DNA of 64,000 nucleotides from Actinomycetes bacterium (GCA_021809995.1 JAJZJT010000001.1:721-64720), one strand, 5' to 3'. Positions 46,352-57,408 are shown, counted from the first letter of the stretch. The notes: generated by a model from the sequence alone, not told the origin. Numbers and translations: made by a program.

Positions 46352-47860
46352 GTGACCACCCTGCGCAACCCCGCCCCGGCACACGGCGCCGAGCACGCCA
46401 TCGTCACCCAGCACGCCGTCGGCGCCGAGGCCGCCCTGCGGGCCCGCGCCGCCCGCAGGGCCCGGGCGGCCATGGCCGGCCTCGGAGTCGGGCTGGTGGC
46501 CTTCCTGGTGGCGGTGGTGTCCGTCATCCTGGTCTCGTTCTCCGGCGATCTCGGCAACTTCGTCCAGGTGTCGGCGCTCATCCCGCCGGGGGAGCCGGTC
46601 GCCCTCGGCGACGAGGTGTCCTACCTGCAGGTCCAGGTGGGCACGGTGGCGACGACCGGCCACCTGGCGCCGGGCGGGGCGACCGAGGTCAGCCTCCACC
46701 TGCAGCCGGCCCTGGTCCGCTCCATTCCCGCCGACGTGGTGGCCCAGGTGCAGCCGAGCTCGCTGTTCGGGACCACCGAGGTCGTGCTGTCGGCGCCGGC
46801 ACCGTCGAAGGCCTCGCTGGCCGCCAGCACGGTCATCCCGGCGGCCGGCACCTCCCGCGGATCGCTGCAGGGCACCCTGGCAGCGCTGGACAGGGTGCTC
46901 ACCGGGCTGCACCCGGCGCTGATCGACGAGACCCTCGGGGCGCTCACCCAGGCGTTCCAGGGCCAGGGGCCCGCCGCCCGCGGCTTCGTCGGCCAGCTCG
47001 ACACCTACGTGGCGCAGATGCTGCCCCTGCTCCCTGCCGTCGAGTCCGACGTCGGGCTGCTGTCGCCGGTCCTGAGCGGCCTCAGCCAGGCTGCTCCCGG
47101 ACTGTTGCAGACAGCCACCGACACCAGCACCATCGCCACCACCGTCACGTCGGAGTCCCGGTCGCTGCTCGGTCTGCTGCAGGGCGCCACGGGCGTCGCC
47201 AACGGTGCCGCCAACCTGCTCGCCGCCGTCCAAGGGTCGCTGCAGGGGTTCGCCGCCAACCTGCTCCCCCTGCTCGGCACCGTCGACGCCAACCCGACCG
47301 TGGTCGCCCAGGTCCTGTCGGCCGGCGTCCATTGGGCCACTGCCTGGGCACAAGCCGAGACCGCCGGCCCGTGGGTCACCCTCGACGCCGACTACTCGAC
47401 GGCCGACATCTTGCTGTTCATCGCCTCGGCCTTGGACGTGCTGCCTCCGGCGGAGAACCGTGCGCTGGTCGAGGCTGGCAACGAGGACCACATCGCCCTG
47501 CCGCCGAACGTGCCCGAGGCGTACTACACCTCGGCCCAGTGCCCGACCTACGGACCCGAGCGGGGACCGAACTGCTCCGCCGCCACCGCGGCAGCGGCCG
47601 TCCCCGCGCCGTTGCCCAGCCCAGCCGAGCAGGCGGCCGCCGACCAGCTGGCGGCCGCCCTGCAGGCGTCGTCGAAGCCGAGCGGGCAGTCCCGGGGAAC
47701 CTCGGGCTCGTCGGGCCCGTCGGGAACCTCGGGGTCGACCGGGTCGTCGGGAACGTCGGGGTCGTCGGGAACCTCGGGGTCGACCGGCCTCCTCGGGGCC
47801 TTGCTCGACCCCATCCTGCGGAGCCTGATGCCATCACCCGCCGGAGGTGCGGGGTCGTGA
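46352..47860 (+). CDS. mceA: MCE-family substrate-binding protein A, with a Ser/Gly/Thr-rich C-terminal tail
   Basis: N-terminal TM followed by an MlaD/MCE domain (VALGDEVSYLQVQVGTV) and a long helical region. Tail SGSSGPSGTSGSTGSSGTSGSSGTSGSTG. Confidence 0.8.
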   Translation: MTTLRNPAPAHGAEHAIVTQHAVGAEAALRARAARRARAAMAGLGVGLVAFLVAVVSVILVSFSGDLGNFVQVSALIPPGEPVALGDEVSYLQVQVGTVATTGHLAPGGATEVSLHLQPALVRSIPADVVAQVQPSSLFGTTEVVLSAPAPSKASLAASTVIPAAGTSRGSLQGTLAALDRVLTGLHPALIDETLGALTQAFQGQGPAARGFVGQLDTYVAQMLPLLPAVESDVGLLSPVLSGLSQAAPGLLQTATDTSTIATTVTSESRSLLGLLQGATGVANGAANLLAAVQGSLQGFAANLLPLLGTVDANPTVVAQVLSAGVHWATAWAQAETAGPWVTLDADYSTADILLFIASALDVLPPAENRALVEAGNEDHIALPPNVPEAYYTSAQCPTYGPERGPNCSAATAAAAVPAPLPSPAEQAAADQLAAALQASSKPSGQSRGTSGSSGPSGTSGSTGSSGTSGSSGTSGSTGLLGALLDPILRSLMPSPAGGAGS

Positions 47861-49077
47861 GCCCGGCCGCCCCCCGCGACGTGCCCGCCCAGATCGCCGA
47901 CAGCCTGTGGGCTCGCCTGTGGCGGTTTCGCGGGCGATGGTCGGGACGCCGGCAAGCTGGCGGCGGACGGGTGCTCATCAAGCTGGCCGCCTTCGTCGCC
48001 CTGTCCGTCCTCCTCACCACCGTGGTGGTGGCCAGCCTCCTCAACTTCGACACCCGCTCGACCGTCACGTACCGCGCCCTGTTCACCGACGACTCCACCA
48101 TCCAGGCCGGGGACCAGGTGATGGTGGCGGGGGTCGAGGTCGGCCGGATCACCGGCGTCCGCCTGGTGGGCACCAGGGCCCTGGTGTCGTTCGCCCTCGA
48201 CCATCCCGAGCACGTCACCAGCGACACGCGGGCAGCCATCGCGTTCCAGAACCTCTTCGGCAATCGCTACCTGGCGCTCAGCGACACCACCGTGGGCCGC
48301 CCGCTGCCGCCCGGGGCCACCATCCCTGCCTCGCGCACGACGCCGGCACTCAACCTCACCGCCCTGTTCAACGGCTTTCAGCCGCTCTACCAGGCGCTCA
48401 CCCCGTCGCAGATCAACCAGCTCACCGCCAACATCGTCTCCACCTTCCAGGGCGAGGGCGGCACCATCGGCAACCTGGTGGACGAGACGGCGCAACTCAC
48501 CGCCAACCTGGCCCAGCGGGGCCAGGTCATCGACTCGGTGGTGACCAACTTGAGCGCCCTGGCCCAGCTGGTGGCGACCCACGACGCCCAGCTGGCGCAG
48601 CTCATCGACAACTTCGACGCCCTGGCATCCGACATCGGCGGGGAGAGCCAGCTGGTCAGCTCGTCGCTGGCGTCGGCCGCCTCCGCCACCAGTTCACTGT
48701 CATCCCTGGTCGGCGCCGTGCAGCCGTCCTTCGAGCACAGCGTCACCGGCCTCACCGCCGTGACCGGCACCCTCGCGCACGACCAGGGGGCGCTCGACGC
48801 GCTCGTCGCCGCCCTGCCTGGGCTGAGCGGCGCCCTCGCCCGGGTCGGTCAAAACGGCACGTTCTTCAAGATCTACCTCTGCGAGGACACCGTCTCGGGC
48901 GTGAGCGGCTACGGCTACCAGGGCCCCGGCGGCACGGGCCTGTACCTCGGCCCCGTCGACAGCGTGCTGGGCATCCCCGTCAACGACGTCCCCCTGCTGT
49001 ACGTGGCCCTCAAACCGGGGTACATCGGGGGCACACCCGCCGAGACCACCCATACCCGGAATTGCACCCCCACATGA
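47857..49077 (+). CDS. mceB: MCE-family protein B
   Basis: GTGA overlap. MCE domain (IQAGDQVMVAGVEVGRITGV...FQNLFGNRYLAL). Confidence 0.8.
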   Translation: MSPAAPRDVPAQIADSLWARLWRFRGRWSGRRQAGGGRVLIKLAAFVALSVLLTTVVVASLLNFDTRSTVTYRALFTDDSTIQAGDQVMVAGVEVGRITGVRLVGTRALVSFALDHPEHVTSDTRAAIAFQNLFGNRYLALSDTTVGRPLPPGATIPASRTTPALNLTALFNGFQPLYQALTPSQINQLTANIVSTFQGEGGTIGNLVDETAQLTANLAQRGQVIDSVVTNLSALAQLVATHDAQLAQLIDNFDALASDIGGESQLVSSSLASAASATSSLSSLVGAVQPSFEHSVTGLTAVTGTLAHDQGALDALVAALPGLSGALARVGQNGTFFKIYLCEDTVSGVSGYGYQGPGGTGLYLGPVDSVLGIPVNDVPLLYVALKPGYIGGTPAETTHTRNCTPT

Positions 49078-50096
49078 AGAACTTCAGCGAACGCAGCCCG
49101 AAACGGGTAGCCCTGGGCACGGCGGTGGCCCTGCTGGCGGTGGCCGCCGTCACTTTCTCCGCCAACCGGCTGCCCGTACTGTCCTCGCCCCACGACACGT
49201 ACCATGCCCAGCTGGCCAACGCCGACCAGCTGGCAGCGGGCGACATGGTGACGGTGGCAGGCGTCAAGGTCGGGGCGGTCACCGGGCTCCACCTCGACGG
49301 GAGCTCCGTCAGGCTCGACTTCGAGGTGAACCCCGGGGTCCACCTGGGACGCAGCACCACGCTCGCGGTCGAAACCCTGTCGCTGCTCGGCCAGGAGTAC
49401 GTGCAGCTCGCCCCCCAGGGCCCGGGGCACATGGCCCCGGGATCGACCATCCCCCTGGCACGCACCACCGTCACCCGCACCCTGCTCAACAGCGTGACCC
49501 AGCTCGGCAGCGAAACGGGCCACATCGACGAAGCCCAGCTCCAACGAGCCCTGGCCGTCGCCGACCAGGCAGCCTCCTCGGTCAGCCCTGGTGCCCTGTC
49601 GGCCGTGGTGGCGGGGGTCGGACAGCTGTCCACCATCGTCACCGACAACCAGGACCAGCTGGCCAAGCTGGTGCAGGCCACCGACCAAGTGGCCGGCACC
49701 CTGAGCGGCAACGACGCCCAGCTGGTGCAGCTCGTCGACCAGAGCCGCACCGTCCTCGGCGTCGTCCGCCAGCGCCAGACCGCTATCGACCAGTTGCTGG
49801 CCGCCACCCAGGCCCTGTCCACGGAGCTGAGCACCATCATCACCAGCAAGCACGCCGACCTGGCCGCCCTGCTGGCCAACCTCCGCTCGGTGAGCGCCAA
49901 CCTGGCCCACGAGTCGTCGACGCTGGCGTCGACCCTGCCGCTGCTGTCGGCCTTCAGCACCTTCACGGCCAACGCGGCCGGCAACGGCCCGTTCGTCGAC
50001 GTGGTGGCGCCGACCATCCTGCTCTCCGACGGCGTCACCGCCGCCTGCGGTGCGCAGGGCGGACCCAACCCCCTCACCGGGTGCAACCTGCCATGA
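49074..50096 (+). CDS. mceC: MCE-family protein C
   Basis: ATGA overlap. MCE domain (LAAGDMVTVAGVKVGAVTGL...SLLGQEYVQL). Confidence 0.8.
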   Translation: MKNFSERSPKRVALGTAVALLAVAAVTFSANRLPVLSSPHDTYHAQLANADQLAAGDMVTVAGVKVGAVTGLHLDGSSVRLDFEVNPGVHLGRSTTLAVETLSLLGQEYVQLAPQGPGHMAPGSTIPLARTTVTRTLLNSVTQLGSETGHIDEAQLQRALAVADQAASSVSPGALSAVVAGVGQLSTIVTDNQDQLAKLVQATDQVAGTLSGNDAQLVQLVDQSRTVLGVVRQRQTAIDQLLAATQALSTELSTIITSKHADLAALLANLRSVSANLAHESSTLASTLPLLSAFSTFTANAAGNGPFVDVVAPTILLSDGVTAACGAQGGPNPLTGCNLP

Positions 50097-51295
50097 ACCG
50101 CCTGCGCACCGTGCTGGCGGCCGGCGCCGCCGTGGTCGTCGTCGTGGCCGTGGTGGTCGCCCTCACCGCGGACGGCACCCCCACCCGACCGGTCAGCGCC
50201 CTCTTCAGCCAGACCCCCGCCCTCTACCCCGGCAACCAGGTGCAGGTCCTCGGCATGCCGGTGGGGACCGTCACCGCCGTCGACCCCCGGCCCGATGGGG
50301 TGCTCGTCAAGATGCAGGTCGACGACAACGTCACCCTGCCCGCCGACGCCCAAGCCTACCTCCAGGCGCCGCAGGTGGTCAACGACCGCTCCGTGCAGCT
50401 GTCCGCCTACCGCGGCGGGCCGGTCATGGCCGTCGGCGCGGTGATCCCCCCGTCGCGCACCCACGTCCCCCTGGCGGTCGACCAGGTGCTCGCCAACCTC
50501 GACAGCCTGTTCAACGCGCTCGGCCCCACCGCCAGCAGCTCCGACGGCGTCCTGACGACGCTGGTGGCGACGCTCAACCGGGACCTGGCCGGCCTCGGCC
50601 CCGCCATCCACGCCACCATCACCTCGGCGGGCGCCGCCGCCGGTGGCCTGGCCGCCGACAGCCCCGGCCTGGCCGGCACCCTGGCCCAGCTGCGCCCCTT
50701 CGTCACCGCTGCCGCCGCCGACAGCCGCGAGTACCAGGCTTTCAGCGCCAACCTGGCCGCCGCCGCCGTCGAGCTCAACAGCCAGCGCAGCGCCCTGGCC
50801 GGCACCCTCGGCGACCTGCAGCAGACCCTGGGGCAGCTGACCACCTTCGTGCAGGCCAACCAGGCCAACCTCGGCAGCTCCCTCGACAACCTCGACACCG
50901 CCACCTCGGCCGTGGCCGCCAAGGAGCAGGACCTGGCCTCCATCCTGCGGGTGGCTCCCCTGGCACTGCAGAACCTCGACAACGCCATCGTGAAGACCCC
51001 CACCGCCGTCGATCCCCAGGTCCCGTTCCTGCAGACCCGCGTGGACTTCGTCCACGGCACCCGCACCTACAACAACGACCTGTGCGGCGCCACGGCGCTC
51101 GCCCGCGCCTACCACTTCGGCGACCTGATGGCCGGCAACGTCGTGGCCCAGCTGCTCGGGCCCGGCAACAATCCCAGCACATCCATGAACCTGCCGTGCT
51201 TCTTCGACCAGGCCGCCCAGAACGTCGGGGAGCCGCCAGGCTCCCCCAGCATCGACCTGAGCCTGGCCGGCATGCTGACCGCCGGAGGGAAGTGA
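50093..51295 (+). CDS. mceD: MCE-family protein D
   Basis: ATGA overlap. MCE domain (LYPGNQVQVLGMPVGTVTAV...VVNDRSVQLS). Confidence 0.8.
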   Translation: MNRLRTVLAAGAAVVVVVAVVVALTADGTPTRPVSALFSQTPALYPGNQVQVLGMPVGTVTAVDPRPDGVLVKMQVDDNVTLPADAQAYLQAPQVVNDRSVQLSAYRGGPVMAVGAVIPPSRTHVPLAVDQVLANLDSLFNALGPTASSSDGVLTTLVATLNRDLAGLGPAIHATITSAGAAAGGLAADSPGLAGTLAQLRPFVTAAAADSREYQAFSANLAAAAVELNSQRSALAGTLGDLQQTLGQLTTFVQANQANLGSSLDNLDTATSAVAAKEQDLASILRVAPLALQNLDNAIVKTPTAVDPQVPFLQTRVDFVHGTRTYNNDLCGATALARAYHFGDLMAGNVVAQLLGPGNNPSTSMNLPCFFDQAAQNVGEPPGSPSIDLSLAGMLTAGGK

Positions 51296-52476
51296 TGGCA
51301 GCCCGCCGCACCCGGGCCCGCAGGCACTGGCCGGCCGCCGCCGCTGCCGGCCTGGCGCTGGCCCTTTCGAGCTGCGGCATCAACCTGCAGAGCCTGCCGC
51401 TGCTCGGCGTGTCGACAGCGGGCACCTACCCGGTCCGCGCCGTGTTCAGCAACGCCCTCAACCTCGACGTCGGCGCTCCCGTCCGCCTCAGCGACGTCAC
51501 CGTGGGGACGGTGCGCGCCGTCGCAGTCCACGGCGGCGACGCCCTCGTCACCATGGCCATCCACCGCCACGTCCGCCTGCCCGCCGACACCACCGCCACC
51601 ACCCAATTCGTGACCCCGCTCGGCAGCGAGTACGTCCAGCTGGGCTCCCTCGCCGGTGCGGGCACCACGTCGGCTTCCCTGGCACCGGGCGCCACCATCG
51701 GCCCCCGCCGCACCAACGCCGCCCCCAACGTCCAAGACACCCTGGCGGCAGCCGGCACCCTGCTCTTCGGCGGCGGGCTCGGGCAGGTCGAGACCCTCAC
51801 CAACGAGCTCAACCAGGTCCTCGGGGGCAACCAGCCCCAGGTCCGCCAGCTGCTGGCGGAGCTCGACACCGCCATCGGCTCCCTCGCCGCCAACGACGGC
51901 CACATCGACCAGGCCCTGAGCGCGCTGGCCCAGCTGAGCGGCCAGCTCGACCAGGGGCGCACCGCCATCACCCAGGCCCTGGCCACCCTGCCCGGCGCCG
52001 CCGCCACCGTCGCCGGCGACAACACCCAGCTGGCCGGCCTGCTCCAGGGCGTCAACACCCTCGCCCCCCAGGTCGTCACCCTGGCCCAACGAAGCGGCAG
52101 CCTGCTCACCCAAGACTCCCAACAGCTGGCCCCGGCGGTGGACCAGCTGGTGTCGGTGGACGGGCAACTGGGCAGCGACCTGTCGGTGCTGCAGCGGTTC
52201 GCCACCCTGACCACCCGAGCCATCCCGGGCGACTACCTGCAAGGCCAGCTCAACATCCTCCTCGTCAACCAGCCCCTGCACCTGCAGCTCCCGGCCGTTT
52301 CGCCGCTGCTGCAGGCCGGTGTGGTCGGCCTCGTCACCGACGCCCTGCAGGGCGCCCTGGGCACGCTGCCGACGGACCGATCGACGCCACCGCCGGCAGG
52401 CGCCAACGCCGGCTCCACGTCTCGCGACCTGCTGCCGTCCCCTGTGGTCGCCCTGCTCGCCGCGGGCCTGCCATGA
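51295..52476 (+). CDS. mceE: MCE-family lipoprotein E
   Basis: TGATG junction. Lipobox LALALSSCG. MCE domain (LDVGAPVRLSDVTVGTVRAV...PLGSEYVQL). Confidence 0.8.
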   Translation: MAARRTRARRHWPAAAAAGLALALSSCGINLQSLPLLGVSTAGTYPVRAVFSNALNLDVGAPVRLSDVTVGTVRAVAVHGGDALVTMAIHRHVRLPADTTATTQFVTPLGSEYVQLGSLAGAGTTSASLAPGATIGPRRTNAAPNVQDTLAAAGTLLFGGGLGQVETLTNELNQVLGGNQPQVRQLLAELDTAIGSLAANDGHIDQALSALAQLSGQLDQGRTAITQALATLPGAAATVAGDNTQLAGLLQGVNTLAPQVVTLAQRSGSLLTQDSQQLAPAVDQLVSVDGQLGSDLSVLQRFATLTTRAIPGDYLQGQLNILLVNQPLHLQLPAVSPLLQAGVVGLVTDALQGALGTLPTDRSTPPPAGANAGSTSRDLLPSPVVALLAAGLP

Positions 52477-53555
52477 CCCGCGCCGTCGCCGCCCGCCTCG
52501 GCATCCTGGCCGCCATCGTGGTGGCCGGGCTGGCCTACCTCTACTTCGACGTCCTGCAGTACCACCTGGTGGCGCAGCCGTACACCGTGACTGTGGCCAT
52601 GCCCCGGGCCGGGGGGCTCTACCAGGGCGGCTACGTCGCCTACCGCGGCGTCGACGTCGGCCGGGTGGTCTCCTTCGCCATCGACGGCGACCACGTCGAC
52701 ACCCGGCTCTCCATCGACCCCGGGGTGCGCATCCCCCGCGACTGCACCGTGACCGTCCACGACCTGTCCGCTCTCGGCGAGGAGTACGTCGACTTCGTGC
52801 CACGCCGAGCCGGCGCCCCCTACCTGCGATCCGGCAGCCACCTGGCCATCACGTCGGCAGCCGAGCCCATCGACGCAGCCACCCTCCTCGGCGACGCCAC
52901 CCGCTTCGCGTCCTCCGTCGACACCGGGCAGGTCGACAGCCTGCTGGCCACCGTGGACCAGGCGGTGGCAGGAACCGGCAGCTCCCTGCACCAGGTGCTC
53001 ACGGCCAGCCGCACCCTGGTCGCCGCCCTGCAACAGGTCCAGCCCCAGACGGCAACGGACATCGTCGGCGGCAACGTCCTGCTGCAGACCGGCCTGTCGA
53101 CCAATTCCGACCTGCAGACCTATGCCGCCAACCTGGCGCAGCTGACCGCCCGGCTGCAGCAGTCGAACCCCGACATCGAGGCGCTCTTCGCCAACGGGCA
53201 GGCCGCCACCGGCCAGCTGCAAGCACTGATCGCCGCCGACAGCGGGCCCATCGAGCGCCTCACGACCACCGGTGATAGCGCCACGTCCGTGCTCAGCGGG
53301 AACATCCCCGCCGTCCAGGCCCTGCTGTCGATCTTCCCCCGCTTCGCCAACGACGCCGGCTCCCTGTACTACGACGGGGCGCTCCACGGCGACTTCGTGC
53401 TGAACCCCGGGTTCCCGGTCTGCACCTACGGCAGCGCACCGCTGCCGCTCCCCACGGCGCCCGCCAGCCCGGTGAGCACCGACGCCACCTGTCCTACCAG
53501 CGCCCCCGACCTGCTGCAACGGGGCGCTGCCAATGCACCGGGGCCGCAACCATGA
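52473..53555 (+). CDS. mceF: MCE-family protein F
   Basis: ATGA overlap. MCE domain (LYQGGYVAYRGVDVGRVVSF...ALGEEYVDF). Confidence 0.8.
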   Translation: MTRAVAARLGILAAIVVAGLAYLYFDVLQYHLVAQPYTVTVAMPRAGGLYQGGYVAYRGVDVGRVVSFAIDGDHVDTRLSIDPGVRIPRDCTVTVHDLSALGEEYVDFVPRRAGAPYLRSGSHLAITSAAEPIDAATLLGDATRFASSVDTGQVDSLLATVDQAVAGTGSSLHQVLTASRTLVAALQQVQPQTATDIVGGNVLLQTGLSTNSDLQTYAANLAQLTARLQQSNPDIEALFANGQAATGQLQALIAADSGPIERLTTTGDSATSVLSGNIPAVQALLSIFPRFANDAGSLYYDGALHGDFVLNPGFPVCTYGSAPLPLPTAPASPVSTDATCPTSAPDLLQRGAANAPGPQP

Positions 53556-54550
53556 CCAGACCCGACACCGGGCCGGCAACGCCCAACGGCAGCACCGCCG
53601 CCGACCAGCCCCGGCCGTCCCCGCAGCCGTCCGAACCGCACGCGGTCCCCGGACCGGCCGACCCCGCCGTCGCCGAGCTCCTCGGGCGGATCGTGGACCT
53701 GCTCGAGCACCGGCCGGGCCCTGCCCCCACCCGGGTGGCGGCTCCCGCGGACCCTGCAGCCAGCGTCCCCGACGACCCTGCAGCGCAGGCCTCCGCCGAC
53801 CTTGCAGCCACGTCACCCGCACGACCCGGCCCGACCCTGGTCGGCGGCCAGGCCCCAGGCCAGTCCGGTCGCCGGCAATCCAGCGGCCGGGTCAGGCGCG
53901 CCAGCCGCCCCGCCCAGACGGCAGCCGATCCCGAGGCCCAGCCGCCCGGCAGTGACACCGGTACCCAGGACGACGACGACGGCGACGGCGGCGTGGCCAT
54001 CGGACCCGGCACCGGCGAACCGCCCGGCGCCGCCGACGGCAAGATCGGCCGCCGGCGCCGCCAGATCCGGCTACGCTTCCTGTCCCCAGCCAGGGTCGCC
54101 GCCAGCGTCACCATCGTGGTCCTGGCTGCCGCCACCGGCTGGCTGGGATGGGACCGCTCCCAGTCCGACGCGCTCAACGCCGCCCGGAGCCAAGCCATCG
54201 CGGCCGCCAGTGCCGTGGCCACGAAGATGGCAACCTATTCCTACACGTCGCTGGCCCCGGCGTTCGCCGCCGTCGAGCACGATTCCACCAAGGCCTTCGC
54301 CGCCACCTACAAGAAGCAGAGCGCCTCGCTGTCAGGTGTCCTGGGCCAGTACAAGGCCACCTCGCACGGCAAGGTAACGGTGGCCGCCGCCGAGCACGTC
54401 TCGGCGTCGCGGGTGCAGGTGCTCGTCATCGTGGACCAGACCATCGCCAACTCCGCCAGCAGCACCCCGTCGACGCAGGCCAACGGCTTGTTGCTCACGA
54501 TGGTGCACCAGGGCGGACGCTGGTTGCTGGCCAACGTCGCCGTGCGGTAG
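53552..54550 (+). CDS. Mce-associated membrane protein (Mas/Mam-like) with a long Pro/Ala-rich N-terminus
   Basis: ATGA overlap. A single TM (VTIVVLAAATGWLGW) is followed by a conserved C-terminal domain (MATYSYTSL...VLVIVDQT...GGRWLLANV). Confidence 0.75.
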   Translation: MTRPDTGPATPNGSTAADQPRPSPQPSEPHAVPGPADPAVAELLGRIVDLLEHRPGPAPTRVAAPADPAASVPDDPAAQASADLAATSPARPGPTLVGGQAPGQSGRRQSSGRVRRASRPAQTAADPEAQPPGSDTGTQDDDDGDGGVAIGPGTGEPPGAADGKIGRRRRQIRLRFLSPARVAASVTIVVLAAATGWLGWDRSQSDALNAARSQAIAAASAVATKMATYSYTSLAPAFAAVEHDSTKAFAATYKKQSASLSGVLGQYKATSHGKVTVAAAEHVSASRVQVLVIVDQTIANSASSTPSTQANGLLLTMVHQGGRWLLANVAVR

Positions 54551-54704
54551 CCGCCGGGGAGCACACCAGCGGGGAACGCCGGCCCCGGGCCGTGGCACGG
54601 TCAGGCCGAGCCTGTGGTGCACCGCGTCGTCGACACGGCAGGTCAACGGCCTGCTTCCGACGATGCCTCACCAGGGAGGGCGGGTGGCTGCTCGCCGGGG
54701 CACC

Positions 54705-55853
54705 CTACTGGTAGCGGATGACCCCACGGATGTTGGTGCCGTTGCGCATGTCCTCGTACCCCTCGTTCACCTGGTCGAGCGTGTACGTCGTGGTGACCAG
54801 CTCGTCGAGCTTCAGCCGGCTCTCCATGTACAGGCGCAGCAGCCGGGGGATGTCCCGGCGGGGGTTGGCGTTGCCGAAGATGCAGCCCACCAGCTCCTTG
54901 CGCTGCATGGCCAGATCGAAGAGGTTGAGGTCGACCTGTCCTTGCGAGATCGGCGCCACGGCCGTGACGACGGCCCGGCCCCCCTTGGCCACGAGTGACA
55001 GCATGGGCCCGATGAGCGCTCTGTCGGCCACGCCAGCCGTCAGGATGGCGCGTTCGGCATTCGCTCCCCATGTCAGCTCCCCCACCAGCGCCTGGGCTTC
55101 AGCCATGGAGGCTGCGACGTGGGTGGCACCGAACGTAGCGGCGCGTTCGCGCTTGGAGGCGACGGGGTCGACCCCGACGACGAAGCGGGCGCCGGCGAAC
55201 GCGGCGCCCTGCACGGCGTTCATGCCGACCCCTCCGAGCCCGATGACCACGACCGTGTCACCGGGCTCCACCGCCGCCGCGTTGACGGCGGAACCCCATC
55301 CGGTGGTGACGCCGCAGCCGACGAGGGCGGCCCGCTCCAGCGGGATGTCGTCGGTGATCTTGATGCAGCTGGCCTCGTTCACCACGGTGTAGGGCGCAAA
55401 GGTGCCCAGACAGCACATGAGCCCGAGGTCGCGCCCGTCCTTGGCGTGGTGGCGGGCGGTCATGTCCGATACCTGACGCCCGGCCAGCAGGAAGGCGCCT
55501 AGGTCACAGAGGTGCTGGCGGCCGCGTGCGCACGACGGGCACCGTCCGCAGGCCGGAATGAAGCTGAGGACGACGTGGTCGCCCACCGACAGCGAGATAA
55601 CGCCGGGCCCGACCTCGATGACCTCGCCGGCGCCCTCGTGCCCCCCGACCATGGGGAACTGCTCGATGCCGAGCAGGCGGGCCGTGTCGGGGTCGAGGAC
55701 CATGTCACCGGTCACCAAGTGTTCGTCGGAGTGGCAAAGGCCCGACGCTGCCAGCGCCACCTTCACTTCCCCGGAGCGCGGGTCGTCGAGATCGATGTCC
55801 TCGACGCTCCACTGCGCCCCTGGCTCCCAAAGGATCGCGGCACGGCTCTTCAC
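54705..55853 (-). CDS. zinc-dependent alcohol dehydrogenase
   Basis: GTG at 55853 is preceded by GGAGGA. Contains [16 protein letters not shown] and the Rossmann motif GLGGVG. Confidence 0.85.
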   Translation of the reverse strand: MKSRAAILWEPGAQWSVEDIDLDDPRSGEVKVALAASGLCHSDEHLVTGDMVLDPDTARLLGIEQFPMVGGHEGAGEVIEVGPGVISLSVGDHVVLSFIPACGRCPSCARGRQHLCDLGAFLLAGRQVSDMTARHHAKDGRDLGLMCCLGTFAPYTVVNEASCIKITDDIPLERAALVGCGVTTGWGSAVNAAAVEPGDTVVVIGLGGVGMNAVQGAAFAGARFVVGVDPVASKRERAATFGATHVAASMAEAQALVGELTWGANAERAILTAGVADRALIGPMLSLVAKGGRAVVTAVAPISQGQVDLNLFDLAMQRKELVGCIFGNANPRRDIPRLLRLYMESRLKLDELVTTTYTLDQVNEGYEDMRNGTNIRGVIRYQ

Positions 55854-55961
55854 GTCATCCTCCGATCTGCTGTCGGATAGTGGCCGGCCCCCCGACCTCG
55901 GGACGCTGCCCTGGAACACCGCAGACATGCGCCTGGGCGCGTCGCCGCCACTGCCCAGCCG

Positions 55962-57248
55962 TCATGCCGACGGCCGGATCGGGACGCAGCGCGGGCCTCG
56001 CACCTGGCCGCCGGTCCACGTGACGGCATCGGGGTCGGCCAGCTCGAACGGTGGCACCCGCTCGAGGAAGGTCTGCACCGCCACCCGGATCTCCATCCGG
56101 GCCAGGTTGGAGCCCAGGCATCGGTGGATGCCCGACCCGAAGGCGAAGTGCCGGTTGCGGGCCCGGTCGATGACGAACCGCTCAGCGTCCTCGAACTGCG
56201 CTGGGTCGTGGTTGCCCGCCGGGAACGCCATCAGGACCTTGTCGCCCTTCTTCATCGGGCATCCCTTGAACTCGACGTCATCGGTGACGATCCGGGCCAT
56301 GGTGACGGGGCTGTAGACCCGCAGGAATTCCTCGACGGCCATCGGCAGCACGGACGGATCCTGGCGGAGGCGCCGCTGGTCATCCGGATGGGTGGCCAGG
56401 TGCCAAAGGCTCGATCCGATAGCGCTCCACGTCGTGTCGATCCCGGCGATGAGCAGCAGGAAGCAGGTCCCGAGCAGGTGCTGGTCGCTCATGGGCTCGT
56501 CCGTCTCCGCCTCGATCAGCATGGTGATCAGATCGCGGGGCCGGGTGCCGCGCTCCATGGCCCGGCGTTCCGCCACCCGCTCGGAGAAATAAACGGTCAT
56601 CTCCATGATGGCGTCGAGCGCGTCGCCGACGAAGGCCAGGCCCTGGAAGCCCTGTTGCAGCGTGCGCACCACCCAGCCCGTGAACATCTCCTCGTCCTCG
56701 ACCGGGATGCCCAACATGTGCGCGATCACGCGGACCGGGATGTGCCGTGCGTAGTCCGCCGCGGCGTCTCCGCTACCATCGGAGAAGTGGTCGGCGATGA
56801 GCTCCTCCGCCAGGCCGCGGGTGACCTCGCTCATGGCCTCGACGGCTGAGGGGCCGAACGCTGGGAGCAGCAGGCGGCGCGCCCAGGTGTGCACCGGCGG
56901 GTCCGAGCTGATCGGCGGCACCGGCAGCAGATCGTTGATGGGCACGTCGAATGGCGACACGACAATCGGATCGTGGGACGAGAAGTGCTCGATATCGTGG
57001 GCGATGGCGGCGATGTCATCGTAGAGCACGGGCAGCCACGAGCGTTGGCGGCGCTCTGTGAACGCGATCGGGCAACGGCCGCGCTGTTCGGCCCACCGGA
57101 CCGTCGGATCGGTGACGTACGGCGGCTCGGCGAGGTCGAAGTCCGACGCCCAGTCGCTGACGGGGCCGAAATCGGCGGCGCGGTCCAGCCTAATGAACGA
57201 GGCGAACGGGTTCGCTCTGTCGACCTGCGACGGCACGATGTCGGTCAT
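55962..57248 (-). CDS. cytochrome P450
   Basis: ATG at 57248 is preceded by GGAGG. EXXR ([10 protein letters not shown]) and haem loop [14 protein letters not shown]. Confidence 0.9.
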   Translation of the reverse strand: MTDIVPSQVDRANPFASFIRLDRAADFGPVSDWASDFDLAEPPYVTDPTVRWAEQRGRCPIAFTERRQRSWLPVLYDDIAAIAHDIEHFSSHDPIVVSPFDVPINDLLPVPPISSDPPVHTWARRLLLPAFGPSAVEAMSEVTRGLAEELIADHFSDGSGDAAADYARHIPVRVIAHMLGIPVEDEEMFTGWVVRTLQQGFQGLAFVGDALDAIMEMTVYFSERVAERRAMERGTRPRDLITMLIEAETDEPMSDQHLLGTCFLLLIAGIDTTWSAIGSSLWHLATHPDDQRRLRQDPSVLPMAVEEFLRVYSPVTMARIVTDDVEFKGCPMKKGDKVLMAFPAGNHDPAQFEDAERFVIDRARNRHFAFGSGIHRCLGSNLARMEIRVAVQTFLERVPPFELADPDAVTWTGGQVRGPRCVPIRPSA

Positions 57249-57408
57249 GTGAGAACCTCCGGATGGAGACGGATACGGCGGATGGAGAGGACTGGGCCGC
57301 CATGGCGGCCACCGGCCCGTGCGCACCTACGCACCGACCGCTGCCCGTCGGCTCGGCGGTCAGCGTGCATCTCTTCCCATGCTACCAAACGAGACGGCGA
57401 TACACAAT

